DNA of 64,000 nucleotides from positions 379 through 64,378 of the forward strand of contig JAPOTS010000043.1 of the NCBI GenBank assembly GCA_026709065.1. The letters run 5' to 3'. The DNA comes from Bacteroidota bacterium. Lineage in GTDB: Bacteria; Bacteroidota; Rhodothermia; Rhodothermales; Bin80. Below the pieces are notes generated by a model. The model had not been told where the DNA came from. It ran no database searches and saw only the letters and a program-made list of their open reading frames with translations. Position 1 is the stretch's first letter. Each line of letters begins with the position of its first letter. Made by a program: the position numbers and the translations under genes. Positions 61,873-64,000 of this stretch are shown here, one piece after another.

Positions 61873-62472
61873 TCAGTTTTGCAATTTAGCAAGCCTCTTA
61901 TGGAGGCTCTCCATAAACGCCTCAAATCCACGCTTACGTACATAGGACTGAAACGAAACAGAATAACCTTCAACCGTTCCAACATCGTCAATCACGAAAT
62001 CATAAAGCCACCAAGTATCTTCGTTTCGATGAATATGATAAATGACATTCAAGTTGGAATTATTAATTTCAACTATTGTATTGACAGATGCTTCATCACC
62101 ATTTACTGAAACCGATTCAATGATAATTGGTGATTTATATACCGACAGGTCATTGAGAGACTGAGCACGCACGATTTGACTAAACACATCAATAAACTCC
62201 TCTTGATTCTCGGTTGAAACTTCCTTATAGAATCGTCCGAGAGAACGCATTCCCATCTCTTTAAAGTCAATTTGATCATTGATCAGAGAGCGGGCTTTTT
62301 CTCGCAGAGACGGATCCTCTTCCATCCCCAGAACCGCCTCTTTAATCTCTTGATCCCGAGATATGATGAAGGCAAGGACTTCAGCTACAACTTCGTCTTC
62401 GGATACCTGCGCGAAGACAAACGATGGAAAAAGGAATAAGATAGTAAGTGATAAGTAACTATTTAGTTTCAT
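61873..62472 (-). CDS. MlaC/Ttg2D-family periplasmic protein
   Basis: Signal peptide, IDFKEMGMRSLG and WWLYDFVIDDVG..Y..SF motifs. Confidence 0.8.
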   Translation of the reverse strand: MKLNSYLSLTILFLFPSFVFAQVSEDEVVAEVLAFIISRDQEIKEAVLGMEEDPSLREKARSLINDQIDFKEMGMRSLGRFYKEVSTENQEEFIDVFSQIVRAQSLNDLSVYKSPIIIESVSVNGDEASVNTIVEINNSNLNVIYHIHRNEDTWWLYDFVIDDVGTVEGYSVSFQSYVRKRGFEAFMESLHKRLAKLQN

Positions 62473-63863
62473 TGGGTTTCGGTAAATGAGTCCATTTCTT
62501 GAGTAAGTATCCCTGCACTGGCGAGTAGCTCAATGAGTGCCATGTTGTAACGACGAACCGCCTCATAGTAAGCAGCCTCTATCTTGAGGTTTGACTGCAC
62601 AGCATCAATAAGATTTTCAGTATCACCTAAGTCAAGATCAAAATTGATCTGCTCAACTCTGAGCCATTCTTTGCTTATGGCCAAAGAGCTGTCCTGAGCG
62701 GCTAACGCTTCTTTTTCAATTGCCACCTGTCTCCACGATTGTTCAATTTCAGCAAGAACCTGTTGTTCTAAGCCAATGGATAGATGTTTAACTGAACTGT
62801 GTTGTGCCTCTGCCTGAGCAACGCGGGCACGCGTCTGACCAAAGTTGAGTTTTTGAACGAATCCAATTCCCGCACGGGTACTGAATCGTGAAAAACTATC
62901 ATTAATATAAGGATTACGTTGGCGGAAACGATTTGAAGCACCGCTAGCACCAAACATAATCCCAACGGCGCTTTGAGGATAAAAATCTGCTTTTGCTACC
63001 CGTACCAGTGCATTTGTGGCGGTGACTCCAGCGCGCGCTTGAAGAATATCTGGTCGATACATCATCGCTTTATTTTGATAGTAGGCTAAATCTTCTAGTT
63101 CAAAATTAAGCGGCGTTAAAGAGTTATGAATAGGGATAACTTGGATAGAATCGTTTAACATGAGTTGTCTTCGCAGAGCAACATGAGCGGTCTTACTTTT
63201 TTGCTGAATCTCAACAATCTGACGCTCATTCTCTTGTTGTAAAATCAGCACCTGATAGCGATCGGCATCGTCCATATCAGGGCTTCCTTCATCAAGAAGT
63301 CGGGAAATTTCATTGAGAGCCATTTTCACGAAATTACTTCCCTTGGATGCTAAGAGGGTAAGTTCATTAGTCAATAGAACATTATAATAGAATTCAGCTG
63401 CGCGTACCGATGCCTGAATTATTGTTTCTTGGGCCCGGGCATTTTCCAAGTCTGCCCCCGCAGAGGCAGCCTTAATTGAGCCGCTCAGAGCACCCCATGT
63501 ATAGATAGGCTGGAGCATCGAAATTTCAGCTTCTGCATAAGGACTAAAGTTGCTGTAATCATTACGAACGGCAGGGTCAAGATAGAGCTCTTCATTCGGA
63601 ATATTATTAGGATTATTAATTCCAGGGACTGCTGAAAATCCTGTTGATACAGTGGCATCAGGAAGAAATCGGGAGCTTTTTGCCAAAGCATAACGGGCAT
63701 CTGCCCATCTGACATTGGAAAGTGCAGCACGAATATCAGGACTCACTGACAGAGTTTGTTCCAGAACTTGTTTCAAATCCAGACGAAGAGTGTCAGGTTG
63801 AGGCTGCGCAATTGCGCCATAGACCATGAGATGGATAATTCCACAAAGTATACTTTTTTTCAT
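62469..63863 (-). CDS. TolC-family outer-membrane efflux protein
   Basis: Signal peptide, two OEP repeats (SSRFLP / ADFYPQ, QPIYTWG, RPDI). Confidence 0.9.
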   Translation of the reverse strand: MKKSILCGIIHLMVYGAIAQPQPDTLRLDLKQVLEQTLSVSPDIRAALSNVRWADARYALAKSSRFLPDATVSTGFSAVPGINNPNNIPNEELYLDPAVRNDYSNFSPYAEAEISMLQPIYTWGALSGSIKAASAGADLENARAQETIIQASVRAAEFYYNVLLTNELTLLASKGSNFVKMALNEISRLLDEGSPDMDDADRYQVLILQQENERQIVEIQQKSKTAHVALRRQLMLNDSIQVIPIHNSLTPLNFELEDLAYYQNKAMMYRPDILQARAGVTATNALVRVAKADFYPQSAVGIMFGASGASNRFRQRNPYINDSFSRFSTRAGIGFVQKLNFGQTRARVAQAEAQHSSVKHLSIGLEQQVLAEIEQSWRQVAIEKEALAAQDSSLAISKEWLRVEQINFDLDLGDTENLIDAVQSNLKIEAAYYEAVRRYNMALIELLASAGILTQEMDSFTETQ

Positions 63864-64000
63864 AACAATACTAAAGACGCTTTATAATGTCGCAGAGTAA
63901 CGTTGAGTTGATGAGTACCTAACTACAACATTATCAATACAGGATTTAGATTTGACGGTTACGGATAACAATGCGAGCAAATTTTTCTTTTCCTTTGATC

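Overview
A 64-kb bacterial chromosomal segment, most likely Rhodothermales/Bacteroidota. The T9SS C-terminal domain, stand-alone atpDC, DUF3078, DUF4249 and TonB receptor point that way. A host-associated, possibly sponge-symbiont lifestyle is only inferred from the Spondin_N and Calx-beta-like proteins and the decayed IS elements. The housekeeping backbone is a CCA-adding enzyme, nrdJ, hslV/hslU, lolA, hisB-proC-hisHAF, metG, atpDC, recJ, an M14 peptidase, mlaC-like and tolC-like genes. Four accessory patches interrupt it: (1) an ABC-ATPase + PD-(D/E)XK-like pair (13.4-15.3 kb); (2) a 26.3-34.5 kb island with a decayed tnpB, a decayed ISNCY transposase, an orphan lipoprotein, a decayed IS4-family element with 18-bp TIRs and a GHKL-ATPase/nuclease fusion; (3) a RecQ-PRTase helicase with two tandem degenerate DprA-like genes (41.2-45.4 kb); (4) an ISL3 remnant, a small ORF and a restriction-endonuclease-like gene (59.7-61.4 kb). 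The most notable sequence-level observation is that the tnpB 3' (omegaRNA) region ends in an exact 18-bp copy of the IS4 terminal inverted repeat, suggesting TnpB carried by a DDE (IS4) transposon. I recognised no rRNA, tRNA or CRISPR array. All family assignments come from motifs recognised by eye, not from database searches.
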